Assembly (NCBI GenBank): GCA_951406725.2
Contig: OX597817.1
Coordinates: 107,012,001-107,076,000 of the forward strand
DNA: 64,000 nucleotides
Direction: 5' to 3'
DNA from: Octopus vulgaris
Taxonomy: Eukaryota
Shown here in pieces: positions 1 through 12,490 of this stretch (position 1 is its first letter; the number at the start of each line of letters is the position of its first letter). The notes under the pieces are model-generated. The model was not told where the DNA came from. It ran no database searches and saw nothing but the letters and a program-made list of their open reading frames with translations. A program made the translations under genes and the position numbers.

Positions 1-458
1 ACTCTCTTCTATATCACCTTCTTGGACATGTTACTTTAAGAGTATGCTCTGGCACCTTTCTCATCATCATCTCTATCTCCCTTCTAGCACCATCTACCCC
101 TTCCACTCATATATAATATAACGTAGACCTGAATTTCACCCACAACTATAAACCTGTTCCTGTTCCTCTCATCATATTTTATCCTCTCACTTATTCAAGG
201 TGGCTCTTTAATCTTGCAAGTTACAAGGCAACCTAACAAGTGCTGATCTGTCAAAACAAAACAAAAAAAAAAAGAAAAGAAAAAGGATCCAGTACCACGG
301 TTGATATTAGGATGGTTATTCAGATGTAGGAATCATATCAAGGCTGAAAAACTGGAGCAATATGTGGTCCTCCAACCTGTTGGATCCTATTGAAAAATGT
401 CCAGCACAGGTCAGCATGGAAAGCAAACACAGAATAGTAATGATGTAATAGTAATGAA

Positions 459-691
459 GGTGGCGAGCTGGCAGAAACGTTAGCACGCCGGGTGAAATGC
501 TTAGTGGTATTCCGTCTGCCGTTACGTTCCGAATTCAAATTCCACCGAGGCCAACTTAACCTTTAATCCTTTCAGGGTCAATAAATTAAGTACCAGTTAC
601 GCACTGGGGTCGATATAATCGACTTAATCTATTTGTCTGTTGTTGTTTGTCCCCTCTGTGTGTAGCCCCTTGTGGGCAGTAAAGAAATAAG
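459..691 (+). mobile_element. tRNA-derived SINE (octopus family with GGCGAGCTGGCAGAA head)
   Basis: tRNA-like head (GGTGGCGAGCTGGCAGAAACGTTAGC ... GAATTCAAATTCC), A-rich tail, and flanking duplication AATAGTAATGA at 447-457 and 692-702. Confidence 0.85.
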
Positions 692-699
692 AATAGTAA

Positions 700-890
700 T
701 GATGACAATGACAACAACACTGATGATGATGAAAATGATGATGATGACAGTGACAGTAGCAGTGATGACCACAGCAGTGGCAGTGGCATCAGCAGCAATA
801 CTAGCAGTGGCAACAATGCAAGTGGTGATTGTGGTAGCATCAGTGACAGGGTGGCAGAGGTGGCATCAACAAAGACAATGATGATGATGA
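700..890. repeat. cryptic trinucleotide (ATG/GCA/GTG) low-complexity repeat
   Basis: Degenerate GATGAT/CAGTGG/CAGCAG runs; these explain the spurious ORFs 586-945 and 672-881. Confidence 0.8.
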
Positions 891-1178
891 AACAGACAAG
901 TTTTAGCATGTCCAAGCAATTACTAATGAATATTATTAGTAACATGTCATCCCATCTTATGACAATGCTTTAATGTTGGCAATATTCTTTTGCCTCTGTG
1001 GGAGATATCAACTAATGTTACATAAGTACAATCATTATAATTTCTACTTCAATCAAATTTTATGGTACTTCTTCAGTTTAATGAAGTGAGTCTTATTTTG
1101 TAAATATTAAGATTTATTAACTCAAACTAAAATTTATAAAAGCAAATTTCTCTTGAAGGTGCAGGCAGAGTTGTGGGA

Positions 1179-1320
1179 TTAAGAAGGTTACTTTGCAACT
1201 ATGTGGTCTCATGTTCAGTTCCACCACATGGCATCTTGAGCAAGTGTCTTCTACTATAGTTGCAGATTGACTTTGTAAGTGAATTTGGTAGACAGAAACT
1301 GTGTTAATGCATGTTGTATG
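1179..1320 (+). mobile_element. degenerate 5' part of the abundant tRNA-derived SINE
   Basis: Similar to the head of the copies at 29523 and 40618 (…GTTCAGTTCCACCACATGGCATCTTGAGCAAGTGTCTTCTACTATAG). Confidence 0.7.
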
Positions 1321-1679
1321 TATGGAAGGGTATACCATGGCACTTCATCACCATCTGTCTCTCTTTCACTCGACCTTCCCATTTATATTCTAATCCTGTA
1401 CATTGAGGGTATGTCCTGGGTTTGCTACCACCTCTAGCACTTTGCTACCATCTCTCTCACACTCTCCCTTGTATTCTTACACTCTTGCTCTCTTCCATTC
1501 TCTCTCAATCTTGATTACTCACTCTCCCTTTCTTTTTTTCTCTCCATCTGACTGGGTAACCACGTATCTCCTTTACAGCAAGACACCTGTTTCTATTCTT
1601 CTGTCACATGCTAACCTCTCATCACCTGGCTCAAGGCCACCTCCTCTAATAACCCCACCCCCCTGCTCAAAGGATCTTT

Positions 1680-1893
1680 GTCTTGCAAGTTACTTGGTGA
1701 CCCTGCCAGAACTGGTGCCATGCAAAAAGCATCTAATCTACACTGTAAAGTGTTTGGCATTTGGAAAGGTATCCAGCTGTAAAGACCATACCAAAATACA
1801 GTAAAGCCTGCTGCAGTCTTCTGCCTAGTCAACTCCTGTCAAACCATCTAACCCTTGCCAGCATGGAAAACAGATGTTAAATGATGATGATGA
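1680..1893 (+). mobile_element. RTE-type LINE/SINE 3' tail ending in (ATG)n
   Basis: Shared tail GGTGCCATGCAAAAAGCA...GGCATTTGGAAAGGTATCCAGCTGTA...CCAGCATGGAAAACAGATGTTAAATGATGATG. Related copies lie at ~210-445, 7055-7157, 23480-23710, 41103-41340(-), 54740-54990 and 60820-60990. Confidence 0.75.
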
Positions 1894-1929
1894 TATATAT
1901 GAATATGCATACATATATATTTATATGTA

Positions 1930-2110
1930 GTTCAAATTTACAGAAAACAATAGATGAAGACAGGTGAGGGAACAACAAGCAGGTGTATTTGTTTGACACT
2001 CAGGAAGAAAGGAAAAGTCTTTGATGTTTCGAGCCTATGCACTTGGACAGAGAGAATTGAGAAAAAATGGAGAAAAGAAAAAATGTGTTGGGATTAACGG
2101 GTCAACCTAA
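1930..2110 (-). mobile_element. short non-coding element with decayed minimal hammerhead motif (2017-2054), related to 53716-53917
   Basis: Minus strand reads CTGTCCAAGTGCATAGGCTCGAAACATCAAAGAC, a decayed version of CTGATGAAGAGCTCCGCTCGAAACGTTAAA at 53788. It has similar CT-rich flanks and lies next to a TA-rich repeat. Confidence 0.55.
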
Positions 2111-3271
2111 TGAATATGTATATGTTTGTGTGTCTTTGTGTCAGTGTTTGCTCTGCTCAATATCAACCATTTAATATGTTTTGGTTTGTTATCTTTTTGC
2201 TCCCAAATTAGTTTGCTTAATGAAGTCAAACTTTCCTTATTCTTATGTATGTATTTATGAGTTTGTTCCCAATCACCACTTGGCAACTGGTCTTGGTTTG
2301 TTTACATCCCTGTAACTTAGCAATTTGGCAGCAGAGATTGGTAGAATAAGTACCATTAACAAGAATTAAGTACTTGGGGCAATTTGTTTGGTTAAACCCT
2401 TCAAGGTGGGACCCCAGCATGGCCAAAGTCCTATGAATGAAACAAATAAAAGATAAATTATTAATTATTGTCAAGAAAGGCAAGGGATACAACCCCAGAA
2501 TTTAAATAAATTAAAAAGAGAACATAGTAGGAATGAGCCTGACCTTCGGCAATATGATGTCAACTCCAGATTTACATTATAGTTTGACTATAATGAGGTT
2601 TCAAATGAGGCCTTAAAGTTAAAGTGACACTAAGAGAAAATTATAACTTTATGTGGTCTGTAAATAGTTTCATTTAACACTTTTGTTGCTCAGGGCAGAA
2701 ATATCAAATATCATGCAAAATGCCTAAGAAACAACCAGGATTGAGTGTGAATAAACAGTTATAAATAAATGCTATTTTAGCCATTTTATTACCCAGCTCT
2801 GTTGCCCACTAACAAGTATTTGTTTCAAACATTTAAAGAACTAACTAAAACAATAAGGTACAAGGAAGATAGAGAGAGAGACTACATAGACATTTTGATG
2901 CATGGCTCGTGTATATTGTTACTAATGTAGCTGTTTAAGAGTTAAATCTAGGAATTCTTTTTGTATAGTTAGCTCCATTTTCTTATAATCTACCGCCTAG
3001 CTTAGAATTCAGCTCCAGTTTCACTTATGTTTATGGTATGTTTTTTCCATTTATATAAGACATAATAAAAATACATGTAAGTACATTTGCAACAAACTTT
3101 AAACATATTCAGCTCCTGTATGTATGTGTTCAGACAACATATTTCTAGTATTATATTTAATGTACTGATTTCACTTTTTCACATGCATTAGTTTAACTTT
3201 TTTCAAACTAGCTGACATAGAAAAGTTTTTGTTTTTAAAGTGCAAGGAAAAGGAAAAATTTACCTACTCAC

Positions 3272-3297
3272 TGTCTAATATCTATGTGCTCTGTTAT
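3272..3297 (-). CDS. candidate 26-nt coding exon (ITEHIDIR..), in frame with exon 3386-3452
   Basis: Minus strand has acceptor TTAATTTTCCATTTCAG and donor GTGAGT. The only open frame is phase 0, which matches the end of the upstream exon. Confidence 0.5.
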
Positions 3298-3385
3298 CTG
3301 AAATGGAAAATTAAGCCCATGTTTTATTGGGGATTGAAATGTTTTATATAGAAAACAAAAAAAAAAATGAAAAAAATGAGGTTAC

Positions 3386-3452
3386 ATCGTCTGATGTCAA
3401 GTCAAAGAAAAGAGCAATGCAAACAGCTTCAAATAATTTGTTTGCTATATAT
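3386..3452 (-). CDS. candidate 67-nt coding exon (YIANKLFEAVCIALFFDLTSDD)
   Basis: Minus strand has acceptor ATTCTTGCAG and donor GTAACC, with an 88-nt intron to the next candidate exon. The frame stays open across the junction. Confidence 0.5.
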
Positions 3453-4349
3453 CTGCAAGAATTTCTTTGGCAATAAACACATAACTGGCCTTTCTTTGAT
3501 CTAATTTTCTGGCTGTGTAATTTATATTGTTAAAATTATTTAAAAATTACCAAAAACTATTTTGGAATTACCAAGTTCTCAATTACTATATATCATACAT
3601 AGATTAAAATGTGTTTTGTATTGTGTATATTGTTTATTCAAAGCTGCAAGTAATTCACAAAAGAAAAGTGTGAAAACTGAATCTATAAAACAAATAAGAT
3701 CCTATTTTGTTGTTATAATTTCATGTTCCATTAACGAAAGAATACAGTCCTTTTAAAATCCCTGTACACACATTTGGAAAATATTTATAAAACTATTTAT
3801 ATTTATGTTTGACAAGTAAATATTAAAAATATAGCTTTATATTTAGCTCTTTTATTAGTTTCATCTTTTTGGTTTTAGCACGTTTTTAAGTCCTATTTTT
3901 GACTAATTCAGCTCCTTTGAACATCTTTATTTGACAACACTTTTCTGATGTCCAGCATTTTTTAGTTTCCTTTTCTTTCCTTTTTCTTTTTACTTGTGTA
4001 AATGTAAATAATCTCATTCCTCATTGGTAGTGTCTCTTTACTGACCCTTCAGACATCCCATCATACAGTATTTCATATCACTAATTTTGCAGTTTACTTG
4101 TGGATTGATTTTACAAATTCAGCCTTTTCTATCAGCTTACTGTGTTTTCTCAAATTGGAATAAATGAATAATTAGTATCTTTAATTTTCAGTTTTGTATC
4201 ATGTAATATTTTTCTAAGTAGATTAGCTAGTTTTGTCCCTAGGTATAATGTCAACAATGATTACCCTCTGAGATTTGTTACTGCCATATCATGGAGCCTA
4301 TTTCCTCTAGTTTTTCAGTTTTCTTTTTAAATCTGTTTCAGAATTTTGT

Positions 4350-5520
4350 GCCAGTGTATGAGGCATACTTCATCCACATGTCCTGAAGATATGGTTGATA
4401 GGGCAGTAAAGGCTAAGGGACAGTCTTGAAAAACCTTGAAGGAAGGTGGTGGTAGGGAGCATTATCAAATGATTAGAAGAGCAGTTTGGCAACTGGAATC
4501 CTTGGCTAGGGGTGAGGCAGAAAGAAAAAAATTTGCACATGTCATTTAACTTGAAAATCAGAAGCATGATGGGCTCGTGATTACAAAGCAATGTGTGAGA
4601 GAGAACCAGCACCTCATTGGTGAGAGGTGTATTTGGCATGAAGGAGGCACACTCGCCATCACTATAGAAAGTGTAGAAGTGCTATTATGAGAGGTTACTG
4701 AATGTGGAGAATGCATGGAACAAAGAGGGGCTATTCCATGCTAACTCTATTGAAGGATCAACAATTGAAGTTGACAGTAGCATGGTAGATAAAGCAATAA
4801 AAGAAAGTTGTAGGATAGATGCAGAGATGCTCAAAATATCTGGTCCAGTAGGATACATGATTACCACCTAAATAGTTAATCAGGTTATACAGGAAGGTGT
4901 GATGCCCAACGACTAGTGTTGCATATCATTGTTAGCTGTTATAAAGGCAAAGGAGGTGCCTTAGAGAGAAGCAGTTTTAGGGGAGTCAGATGGGAATAGG
5001 TTATGAAGGTCATGGGGAACCATAGCATAACTGATCTGAAATAGTTTGGTTGTGTTCCCAGAACAGGTCCCACAGATGCAATCTAGTAAGGCAACTGCAG
5101 GTGAAATATTTGACTTAGAGTAAACCATACTCCTGGCATTCATTGACTTGGAGAAGGCATTTGACATGGCACCACATTCAGTCATTTTGTGGTCACTAAG
5201 GAAACTAAGTGTACACGAATGGTTTGTGAGGGCTGTAGAAGCTATATATGAAGATCCAGTAAATAAAGTGAGAGTCAACAATGATTTATGTGATGAATTT
5301 TATGTGAAGGTTCAGTTCTAAGTTCTCTCCTATTCAACATAGTTCTACAGACCATGAGAGAGGAGTTCAAAATTGGCTCTCCATGAGAACTCTTGTATGC
5401 TGATGATCTAAATCTCACAGCTAAATCTATAGGAGAATTTAGAGAAGGAATTCCAGACGTGGAAGCTACATCTAGAATCAAGAGGCTTCAAGGTAGGCTT
5501 AGCAATGACAAAAGTTTTCC
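4350..5520 (+). pseudogene. decayed RTE-clade LINE reverse transcriptase fragment
   Basis: Broken frames contain non-LTR RT motifs (LAFIDLEKAFD, LYADDL, WSLRKL). Homologous to 50257-51790. Confidence 0.85.
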
Positions 5521-6059
5521 AGTTGTGACCATCCTGTTTATGTTTTTGTTACACAATGTATTCTGGATAACATTATCCAATGTGTCCTTTTTTAAAGACT
5601 ATAGCATATAAAATGAAGGAGATTTGAGTGCTGTTTCTAACAGCCTAACACTATATTGTCAATTGTGCTACATCTAATTTATTCCCCTTTTATCTCATAT
5701 GTATTTGCATTGATTTTTATGAAGGTTAACAAACTCTAACAAAGAAACATTGCTTAAAGCACTTTTTTCAATAACCAAACATCAACTTGCACATGCAATA
5801 TCAATAAAATTATTACTGGCATAGAAGCATATTACATTTACACAAATGGATAAACAAAATCTTTTAAGTCACAACAAATTAAATGATATTTGCTACTGGG
5901 TGGTATTGATCGATCCTTTGTCTTCATTCACTAGTAAAAGCCATTAGATAATTTCTTTCTATTTGCATGGGGTTAATTTTTTATGTCAACCAATCATTCA
6001 TTGTTATTCAATCAATGAATTTAAGCAACTTATGAGACTTGTGTAGATATACTAGTGTA

Positions 6060-6214
6060 GGCACAGGTGTGGCAGAGTGGTAAGAATTTTGCTTCCTAAC
6101 CATGTGGTTTTGGATTCAGTCCCACTGCATGGCACCTCAGGCAAGTGTTTTCTACTATAGCTCCAGACCAACCAAAGCCTTGTGAGTTGATTTGGTTGAA
6201 AGAAACTGAAAAGA
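6060..6214 (+). mobile_element. abundant tRNA-derived SINE, 5' part
   Basis: GGCACAGGTGTGGCAGAGTGGTAAGAA...GATTCAGTCCCACTGCATGGCACC head. Confidence 0.8.
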
Positions 6215-6550
6215 AGGAGTAAAGACTGCCTTCGGTCATGAATGACCATGGGATTGCACCTAGAAAGCTACCCTCCTAGGCACAAGTCCGACCAAGGTTA
6301 TTTATGGAAGACCAGTTGCTCATGCATACCAGCCTCCCCCTCCACATAACTTATGTTATCCAAGAGAAAGGCAAAGGTTGATACAGCTTGGCACCAGTGA
6401 CATTGCAACTCTTTTCTACAACTGAGTGAACTGGAGCAATGTGAAATAAAGTGTCTTGCTCAAGAACACAACACACAGCTTGGTCCAAGAATTGAACTCA
6501 ATACCTCATGATTGTGAGCCTGATGCTCTAACCATTGAACCATGTGCCTT
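6215..6550 (-). mobile_element. second tRNA-derived SINE family (GGCACATGGTTCAATGGTTAGAGC head)
   Basis: Reverse complement of 6480-6550 gives a tRNA-like A/B-box head, similar to the heads at 11345(+), 18640(-), 25330(-) and 61337(+). Confidence 0.7.
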
Positions 6551-6558
6551 CACTAGCA

Positions 6559-6593
<35 letters not shown>

Positions 6594-8137
6594 ACGCGTG
6601 TGTGTGTAGCTATCAGGGTTCCATATGTGAATTAAATAGATTTCTCTGGGAAGAGAGGCTCTCATAATTTTTGACAAAGTGGTAGGGAAGACAGTTCTTA
6701 GAGAAAGATATTCTGATGTTAAACTTGAAGTCATCTTGAAATGCTTGTTACTGAAGCCTACTATGGCAACTGAGAATGTGACAAAAGTGTTGTACAAGCT
6801 TTTGTCATTTAAATCCAGTGATGTATAGATGTCTTGTTATTCATTAATGTGAGATGGCTATCATCTGACAAGATCATCATCATATATATATGTGAGTGTG
6901 TGTGTGTGTATGTGTCTCTTTGTCTTGACATTATGTGGTTGTTGTAAATTAGTGTCAATGTCATACAGTCAGTGTCATTCATTTCCAATATTTTGCAGAG
7001 TAAGAACATGTCTGGCTATGGATATATAAGTACCTTGCTAGGAAACAAGTGAAGGTTGGCAACAGGAAGGGCATCCAGCTGTAGGAAAATTTGCCTTAAC
7101 AAATTCTGTCTGATCCATGCAAGCATGGAAAAGTGGATGTTGAATGATGATGATGAATATGGCACTGAAAGCAACCATTTCACTTAAATTGTCAACTCTT
7201 ACAGGAATCTTTCACAGTGACTAATTCTATTTCTCTTTTATCAATCTAAGGTATTGTATCAATGTAAAATGATCTTAAAACATTCACCGTGCTTCTTTAC
7301 ATGTGCAGTTCAAGCTAACAAGGAAGGCTCTACAGTGTTATTTGACATGTTAGAAATAGCAACCAAAATTTCTTTCAAATCATATTCTGTCTTAAAAAAA
7401 AGAGGAAGGACACATTTAATAATGTTGTCCTTGATATACTATATCTGAAATAAGATGTAATAGTCGTGAGTAGAGTAATTTTGATCATAAATTTGCTTAA
7501 TTAAAGCTCATGTGGTTCAAAACAATAACAAAGTGTTCAGTTCTGCAAAAGTAGTCTTGATTTGTATGGGATGGTTTCATAGTGTCAAATAAAAATGTAC
7601 TTAGATAAAAAGGAATAAAAAGAGAAAAGGTTGAAAGCCGGGTTGGTGGTGGACTACCTCCGTTTAGTTAATACTAAAATACATTCTCATGCTACTGAGC
7701 AGATAAACATTCAGGACAATAGCATACTTATAAAAGGAAATCAAAAAACAAAAGAAAAAAAAATTCGACCAAAACCCAATTCATGGGAATTGTCTCATAA
7801 TAGCTTGATTTAAATATTATTATTTATACAAGTAAGTCATAAATGTATAAGTAAACAAAAACCCACTCAGACAAATAGTGAAAGGAAAAAGTGGAGTGTG
7901 AGAGAATCCGACATGGGTGAGGAAGAAACAGGCTTTGATATTACTGAGTAAGAAAAGATAATATGATAACAGGTGATTCAATTTGAGTCATATTTAATGA
8001 TGTCAGTGAAATCACTGCCTACTTAGAATATATTTCTGCTGTCTCATGCTGCCTCATGAAAATTGTAGTAATAAGTAATAAGTTAGTAAGGGTTTGATGA
8101 ATATTATTCAATAGGTTAAATAATAAAAATGATTATA

Positions 8138-8463
8138 GGCGAAGGAGTGGCTGTGTGGTAAGAAGCTTGCTTACCTACCACACGGTTCTGGGTTCAGTCC
8201 CACTGCATGGCACCTTGGTGTCTTCTACTATAGCCTTGGACCAACCAAAGCCTTGTGAGTGGATTTGGTAGACGGAAACTGAAAGAAGCCCGTCGTATGT
8301 GTGTGTGTGTGTGTGTGTTTGTCCCCATCACTTAGTGGTTCGGCAAGAGAGACCGATAGCATAAATACTAGGCTTACAAAGAATAAGTCCTGTGGTCGAT
8401 TTGCTCGATTAAAGGCGGAGCTCCAGCATGGCCACAGTCAAATGACTGAAACAAATAAAAGAA
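8138..8463 (+). mobile_element. full-length abundant tRNA-derived SINE with internal (TG)n
   Basis: Head, internal microsatellite, and 3' tail CTCCAGCATGGCCACAGTCAAATGACTGAAACAAATAAAAG. Confidence 0.9.
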
Positions 8464-8518
8464 TATTAATCATTCACACAAACCCAGTAATTTAGTTAAT
8501 GAATGTTTAGTTATTTAA

Positions 8519-9591
8519 CCCTTTCGTTACCAAACCGCCCAAAGCCGCCCGAATTTACCTATTCATATTTAAATGAGAATATCAGAGCAAATCTCTTTAG
8601 TACATTCGTGAAAACACGTGATTATGCTTTGTAAACAGTTCATCTACAGTTTTGTACAAAGATCGACGTGTAATTTTAATTCCCTGAATTTTGGGAGATT
8701 TTTTTTCCACATTATTTTCGGCATCGATTTTTCTTCAACTTTGAAAATAGATAGGAGTTTCATGTTATCAAGCATTGATTCCGAATTGGAAAATTTGTGA
8801 AACAAATACTGGGTACTGTTGTGGATTTAGTTTTTATACATGGAAATTAATGTTAGTCAGCATGGCTTAGAGTATGATGTGGTCTGGAAGTTATTGTTTG
8901 AAGCGATCAATGCGGAAACAAACTTACGCAGAATGTAAACAAACACAAAATGGGGGTTCAAATTTCGGAAAATTTGTGAAGCAAATACTGGGTACTGCGT
9001 GGATTTAGTTTTTATACAGGGAAAATAATGTTAGTCAGCATGGCCTAGGGAACGATGTGGTCTGGAATTTATCACTTTCATACCATAACCAGGGCCGTAT
9101 ATTATTTTTTGACCGATTTCTTTAGTTCGGTCAAACTTACGGTGGATTCCAATATTTCAGTTTATTCCACCTTTATGGTACACCTGTTGTGCATTAAATC
9201 CAACTGATGATATAGTGATGTGCACAATTCTTCTTTATCAAACTTTTATTGCATACCCATTTGAATATTAGCTGATGATTCATTTTCTATGGTGATGTTT
9301 AAACAAAATTTTAATATTTTTACCTTTTGCTCATTTAAAAATTTTAATATTTTTACCTTTTGCTCAATTTACCTGGATTTACCTGTAATTAAAGTCACTT
9401 TGAGACAAAAGTTATGCAATAGAATTGATTAAGAACCCTTTCTTTAAATATGTTCCAAATATCACATTAAAATGTTGATAAGTAAAAAGTTACAGTTATT
9501 TAATGAAACAAGCCTAGATTCATGATTATTTTAGAATTTAATGGAAACTCATGAGGGGTGTATTTTGGTAAGAAATATAGTAACGAAAGGG
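8519..9591. mobile_element. non-autonomous piggyBac-type DNA transposon (TTAA TSD)
   Basis: TTAA|CCCTTTCGTTAC ... GTAACGAAAGGG|TTAA. Internal ~110-bp direct repeat (~8783-8890 / ~8960-9070) and a short tandem duplication at ~9305-9366. Confidence 0.85.
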
Positions 9592-10562
9592 TTAAAAGGA
9601 TAGTGTTTAGTTGGTTTGTAAGTTAGTGAGTATTTAGTAAAATGATAGTTGTGGAAAGAAATATGGAAGTTTGTTGGAGAACAGTATAAATAAGTTATAT
9701 TGCTGGGAAATAGGTGAATGATTCTATACCTTTGATTGAAAAAAGTGAGATGTAGTTTACATCCTAGAGAAGAATGCTGACCACTGGGTGAAAAGATGAA
9801 TAAGTGAAGTTAATTTTGCAATGGAAGGTTGAAGGTGTGAAATAGTGAATGGTGAAGAGAAGAAACCTATTGAAAAATATGATAAGGAAAATATAGGTGA
9901 ATATAGACAGAGAAAGCTATATAAGGGAATAAATATTTGAAATATTTCTTTTTGGAAGAGTGGGTTTTGAAGCACATGTAAAGCTATAAATAAATAGTAT
10001 GTAAATATTGAGTTGCAAAACCCTTTTGAATAGAAGTCATTCAAAATTGAGACCCACTATTCCAAAAAAGAATCATTTCACATTCTCTCAAAAGCATATA
10101 AAATTCTTATGACATCTACAAAATAATGCTTATTTTATTTTGTTTGTTTTACAAAGATATGGAAAACATTGTAAAGTAGAAGATAAACTAAAAAAAAAAA
10201 ACAATTTTGGTTCTAGGCTGTAGTACTTGCTTTCACTACTGTCTATTAATAATCTTGGGAAAAACATAAACAATCACACCTACCCGAAAGTCCATGGGGA
10301 TTGACTACCCATGATAGGTTTCTAATTCCAAATTTTCAAATATTTGATTCTTATTATATAAGGACATACAAAAAAAAATGGGGCATACAGAAAATACACA
10401 TCATTAGATGTACAAAATGTTTGTAGAAGAGAAATGAGAAAACATGTCCTTTATGCTCTACCCGTTGTAGCAGTCCACTCAAAAATGAGTTGTACCTGTA
10501 TTTCAAAGGGTTAACCTTGTTACATTCAGTGTCATGCTAAATCTCCCTGAGAACTACTTTAA

Positions 10563-10784
10563 CCCCTTCATTACCGTATTTATTTTGAGATACTCTGTGT
10601 TTCTTTCAATTAACTTTAAATATAACAAAGAATTTAGTAAAATAACTTAGTTATCATTAAGCTAGAGTTAGGAACATAAATTGTGACTAAGATTTGGTGA
10701 AAGATTTTAATTCAAAACTTATGAAAACAAGACATTTGTACTACAGAGCCAGAGCTGGTTTCAGTTGGGTTGGTATCAAATGGG
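10563..10784. mobile_element. ~220-bp TTAA-flanked (piggyBac-type) MITE
   Basis: TTAA|CCCCTTCATTAC...GGTATCAAATGGG|TTAA. Near-identical inverted copy at 31001-31221. Confidence 0.85.
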
Positions 10785-10799
10785 TTAAAGGTATGCGTT

Positions 10800-11195
10800 G
10801 TGGCTGTGTGGTAAGAAGTTTACTTCCCAACCACATGGTTCTGGGTTCAGTCCCATTGCATGACACCTTGGGCAAGTGTCTTCTACTATAGCCTCGGGCT
10901 GGCCAAAGCCTTGCAAGTGGATGTGGTAGATGGAAACTGAACGAAGCCCATATATATATATATATATATATATATATGCTTATGTGTGTGTGACTATGTT
11001 TACCCCTCCACCATCGCTTAATAACTGATGCTGGTGTGTTTATGTAACTTAGCAGTTTGACAAAAGAGTCAGATAGAATAAGTACTAGGCTTACAAAGAA
11101 TAAGTTCTGGGGTTGATTTCTTTGACTAAAACCCTTTAAGGCAGTGCTCCAACATGACCACAGTCAAATAACTGAAACAAATAAAAGAATAAAAG
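10800..11195 (+). mobile_element. abundant tRNA-derived SINE with internal (TA)n
   Basis: Matches the head and tail of the 29523 and 40618 copies. Confidence 0.9.
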
Positions 11196-11344
11196 AATGC
11201 CTGTGGAGTGCTCAGCCACTTGCAGGTTAATTTCACTGGAACCCTCATCATCGTAACTAACAGAGTGCTAGGTTTTATTGTAGCATGAAGTTGTTTCAAC
11301 AAAATAAAAACTGGATTGCTATCCATCTTCCTTATTTCATTGCT

Positions 11345-11645
11345 GGAAGCACATGGCCTAGTGGTTAGAGCAGCGGACTCGCAGTCGAGGGATCGCGGGT
11401 TTGAATCTCAGACCAGGAGATGTGTGTGTTTATGAGCGAAACACCTAAGCTCCACACAGCTCCGGCAGAAGGTAATGGCGAACTTCTGCTGACTCTTTCG
11501 CCACAACTTTCTCTCACTCTTTCCTCCTGCATCTAGCAGCTCACCTGCGACGGACCGGCATTCCGTCCAGGTGGGGAACCTATACGCCAATGAAACCGAG
11601 AAACCGGCCCTTATGAGCCAGGCATGGCTCGAGAAGGAACAAAGA
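11345..11645 (+). mobile_element. young tRNA-derived SINE (GGAAGCACATGGCCTAGTGGTTAGAGCAGCGG head)
   Basis: A/B boxes, CpG-rich, and TSD ATTTCATTG at 11334-11342 and 11646-11654. Confidence 0.85.
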
Positions 11646-11914
11646 ATTTCATTGTCACATTATGACAGCCATTAATACAATTCATTCTATTATACTTTAG
11701 CCATTGTTGACCTAATGTTGGATTAAAGCTTTAGCATGCCAGTTGCTGGCTTACCTATGCTAGTTGTTTATTGAGACAGAAGGTTGCAGATTATTTTTCT
11801 TTATCGAAGAACAATGAGCAGAGAAAAAGTTCTTATTATATTCCACGGTAGGTAACCAGGGTTGCTGAGTGTGCAAAAAAGAATACAAGAGTTACAGAAT
11901 GGAGTAGGAAAAAT

Positions 11915-12003
11915 CCAGGCTACATATGTTTCATAGTGAGTGGAATCTCAGAAATAGTAAAATCCAAGTGAGGTGTATACCGCAAGCTACTCTTCAGGCC
12001 AAG
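11915..12003 (-). ncRNA. type I hammerhead ribozyme motif with long (58-nt) stem II region and palindromic stem III
   Basis: Minus strand: GGC-CTGAAGA-GTAG...(58 nt total)...CTAT-GAAA-CATATG-TA-GCC. Core is intact, stem I is GGC/GCC, and the predicted cleavage triplet is GUA. Confidence 0.75.
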
Positions 12004-12121
12004 GATATCTTGATTAGATTTAAAGGCTACATTGTCACAAGGAGGTACATGTTGATGCAAAGAGATTCAGTCAGAATGTGTGGAGGGCACAGTATGCGAG
12101 GGGTATGTGGGGAGAAAAAAT

Positions 12122-12490
12122 TGTGGCTGTGTGGTAAGTAGCTTGCTTACCAACCACATGATTCCGGGGTTTAGTCCCACTGTGTGGCACCTTGGGCAAG
12201 TGTCTTCTACTATAGCCTCGGGCCGACCAAAGCCTTGTGAGTGGATTTGGTAAATGGAAACTGAAAGAAGCCCGTCGTATATATATGTATATATATATAT
12301 GTATGTGTGTGTCTGTGTTTGTCTCCCCAACATCACTTGACAACCAATGCTGGTGTGTTTACATCCCTGTAACTTAGCAGTTTGGCAAAAGGGACAGATA
12401 GAATAAGTACTAGAATAAGTCCTGGAGTTGATGTGGTGCTCCAGCATGACCACAGTCAAATGACTGAAACAAGTAAAAGAGTAAAAGAGT
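12122..12490 (+). mobile_element. abundant tRNA-derived SINE
   Basis: Consensus head and tail, with internal (TA)n. Confidence 0.9.

Noticed and set aside
586-945. 119-aa and 69-aa ORFs
   Set aside because: They are translations of SINE tail plus trinucleotide low-complexity repeat.
2574-2595. 9-bp perfect hairpin CATTATAGT-TTG-ACTATAATG as possible ribozyme stem II
   Set aside because: Flanking core boxes are not convincingly present.
11345-11420. tRNA-like sequence
   Set aside because: It is a SINE head followed by a SINE body and TSD, with no complete cloverleaf. The same applies to the other SINE heads.
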